Below are positions 31,448 through 64,000 of a stretch of 64,000 nucleotides of DNA, in pieces. The position numbers and the translations under genes were made by a program. Below the pieces are notes generated by a model. It did no database searches and was not told the DNA's origin. It saw only the letters and a list, made by a program, of their open reading frames with translations. The first letter of the stretch is position 1. Each line of letters opens with the position of its first letter. The stretch is from assembly GCF_018350175.1 (NCBI RefSeq), contig NC_058373.1, forward strand, positions 110,796,001-110,860,000, given 5' to 3'. The DNA comes from Felis catus (Eukaryota).

Positions 31448-34334
31448 AGAAAAACTAGTAAATGGGTTTTCTCTGGTTGGTGGAAGCACATTTGAGCAGG
31501 TGGAGGACAAGGCCCCGCTGGCCCCAGGGCCAGCCCCAGATCGCGTGGTCTGTGCCCAACAGGGCTGCAGTCGTGTGTAGCTGCCTCCTCCTCCCTTGTG
31601 TCCTCCCTGAGCTTGCTTGTCCAAAGGACCAAGTCATATGGTCCTGGATCCCTGTCTGCTCCCACTAAAGGGAGGGGAGAGCGATCCAGGACCAACCTCG
31701 GGGACCCTGGTTGCCCTCCAATAGGCAGGAAAGAGAAATGGTGTGGTGGGGACGCTGGGCCTTCCACAAGCTTCCTGTTACTGGTGCTAGTTGTGGGGGC
31801 TGGGGGGAGGCCTGAGGACCCTCCATACCCCCCTCAGCCAATCAGTTCAGGCAGGGGGTGAAGGGGAAAGAGAGAGGGAAGGAGGACTGCCTGACCATGC
31901 CCAGAAGGAGCTTCGTGTAAGCTGCCCTGGGGAGGAAGCCTGTTATGCTGGTGTGGACGGGAGCTGTGTCAACCTAGTTTGGGAATACCATTAAAAGACT
32001 GCAAAGTAGAAAACGTAAGGAGAGGAAAAAGAAACCTTGCCAGGGCACCAGGAGCTTAGCCCCAGGTGGCACAGTCTCCCAAAGCTGGGCTCCTGTAGGC
32101 TCAGTCCTGTTGGTTGAGTGCCTTGGGGCTTGCGTGATGGGAGAGGGATGTGTGGGGAGCTGGCAATAGAGGGGCCACATGCAGCTGGCTGCCAGTCTGG
32201 GGGACCCGGGGTGGTGAAATCCTACCTCTTCCTTTGGGATCCTTCCATTCTTTGGACTATGGAGTCACTTGCTGGAAATGTCTCACCTCAGTTGCAGCTT
32301 TGGCACACATGGAGGGGACAGGGTGGTCCTTGGTCTCCCTAAAGATTGGCCCAGGGAGAGGAGGAAGATTCTTGCCACTATCTGCCTTGGAGCAGGACAT
32401 GCCCTCAGATGCACTAGAGGCCTTCTTCATCACCAGTTGAGTATGGTCACCTCACTGCCTCCTGCCTTGGTTTCCCCAGATGGAGAAAGAGGCTGGTGAA
32501 TGGTATATACTAGCTTTCCTGTAGATGCAAAGAGGGATGCAGGATTAGATGCAGAGAGGCCAAGTGAAGACCCTGGCTCTAAAGGTGGGGCCACCTGATC
32601 TGGGGGTGCTGGGCTCTATTGGAGAACTTCCCTCCTGTTCTTGTCTGCTGAAGTTAGCTTCCCCTTGGCAGGGTGGTATTGATCTCTAAGCTGTGCCTGC
32701 ACTAGGGGCTCCTGGGAAGGCCTAGTGACTCTGGATGCCTACCCTTGGAGTTGCTACGTGGGCCTCACTCACATCCAGAGGAATCATCTGGGTGTGTCTG
32801 AGCCTCCTCATGGGGAAGGTAATGGAACAGCAGCCCCTGGGACTTTTATGGTCTCTTCAGGGGTAACACCTGCTGCCCCCAGCATGACCCCTCTTTTGGA
32901 CCTAACCCCAGTCCGGACGCTGGGCTGGCACTGTATTGCTTTCAGGGTGCTGGAGGAGATCCTTGTTGGAACGAGTGCCCTCTTCCCTCCAGAAGTCTGA
33001 CCTTAACAGCATGGGGAAGGCTATCCCTGGGCAAATAGGTTGTTGCAGGCCTCCTTTAGGCTATGCTTTGGGAAGGGGGGAGGGGTGTTGGACGTTGGGT
33101 GACCTCTGCACCCATGTGACTTTCCCACGACCCAAGGCCAGGACCTTCAGGAGAAGCGGAGCAAGGGGTGCCATACCCTCAGGGCCCAAACCCAGCATTT
33201 GTCCCAGCTGTCCAGGGGTTGTGTTATATGGGAGGTAATACCCAGGTATGGTTCCTTTTGCCACCCCAGAGTGACAGGTCATGAACTTTGCTGTCCGTCC
33301 AGCCAGCACCCTCAGATGGTACCAGCTGCAGACAAGACACACTGGGCATTGGGCTTTGGGCTGCTTTGCTGTAGGTGCTGGGGCATTTTTCTTGTATCTA
33401 GGAATCTGTACTGTCTCCCTGAGGGGCCCTGGGGCTGAATCGTACTGTGCTGGTTTGGTGGGGGAGGTGGGGAGGGTCCTAGAGTGGAGAGGCAGAGCCC
33501 TGGGCAGTGTCCAGGTCTGTCTGTCTCCTTCACCTCTGAGCCTTACGCTGCTCTGTTGTTTTAAGAAGACCAGCTTGAGAGCTTTTACCTCCCTTTTACC
33601 ACCTGTGGTGGTAGCAGAGGGCACCGGAGGCAGCCTGAGGCCCTTGCATATAAGACCCACCAACCTTGGACTGCACCGTTTTTTTGTTTGTTTTGGTGAG
33701 AGAAAGAAGAGGGAAGGGATCAGGTGGCCCTTGAAGTGAGAGTCCCAGTTCTGAGGAAGCCCAGTGGGGAGGAGGCCCATTGTGTCCTCTGGGTCCCCAG
33801 GGGCCCCTTGCCTGGAGCTAGAGCCCTGTGTGGTTACCTGAAGCTCCTTCCTCATGCCCCTAAGGGGCAGGTCAGGCGTTTCCAGTGTCCTCTTCTCTTT
33901 CCCTGGCTGTGACCAAAGGGGAGGTGGCCCCAAGCAAGATCTGCTTTGGGAGTGGGCAGCGTCTGAGGAACCTCTTCTCTCTTTTCCAGCTTTTATGGGG
34001 CTTGGGGGTTGGAGGGCCCTCATACTGGAGGAGGGGTGTGGGAGAGGAAGGCCTGTGCCTGGGAAACCATTTCCTGCCACAGGGGTCCCTGGCCTTCCCC
34101 CCGGACCGGGACTGCACGAAGGCGGAGGCAGGCGTCAGCCGGAGGGCGGAGGCAGGGATCGCGGCACAGCGGGCCCAGGCCACCGGATCGCAGGCGCAGG
34201 CAGGCGCAGGCAGCGGGTGGCCCGGGCGGTGGGCTGCGGGGAGGACCGGCCCGGGCTGAGGCCCGAGGCCCCAGGCGCCAGGCGCCCCGCCAGTCCCTGC
34301 ACAGCTCGGTCCTGCTGGCGGGGCTCCAGAGAGG

Positions 34335-64000
<29,666 letters not shown>

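Noticed and set aside
33061..34080. 339-codon - strand ORF in the SPTB 3'UTR
   Set aside because: Starts at GTG, low-complexity composition, no recognisable homology; expected in a GC-rich UTR.

Overview
Mammalian genomic DNA. The tRNA-derived Can-SINEs of the SINEC_Fc type point to a felid, probably the domestic cat or a close relative. Two genes converge tail to tail. (1) PLEKHG3 (+ strand) is a DH-PH Rho-family GEF. I could rebuild its whole coding structure from GT-AG junctions, from ATG 14449 to TGA 29342: up to 18 coding exons and about 1370 aa, including probable cassette exons and a 20/23-nt microexon. (2) The 3' half of SPTB (beta-I spectrin, - strand) runs from the window edge through the spectrin repeats and tetramerisation site. 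It has the erythroid terminal exon (stop 46778, poly(A) signal 46582) and the alternative muscle/brain PH-domain exons (stop 34335, poly(A) signal 31442). Introns carry SINEC, MIR, L1, L2, MLT1 and hAT (MER5, MER45A) relics. No prokaryotic-type system, CRISPR array or intact transposon ORF is visible. The best leads are RNA-processing and regulatory: two candidate alternative first exons that splice in frame into PLEKHG3 (one giving an MG- N-terminus, one behind a CRE promoter); a GC-AG SPTB donor shadowed by a frameshifting GT donor 4 nt away; RBFOX/QKI motif clusters at alternative exons; a cassette exon that duplicates a PKA-type motif; and a possible sense-antisense overlap of the two 3' ends. 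Exon numbers and human comparisons are from memory. Repeat boundaries were judged by eye.
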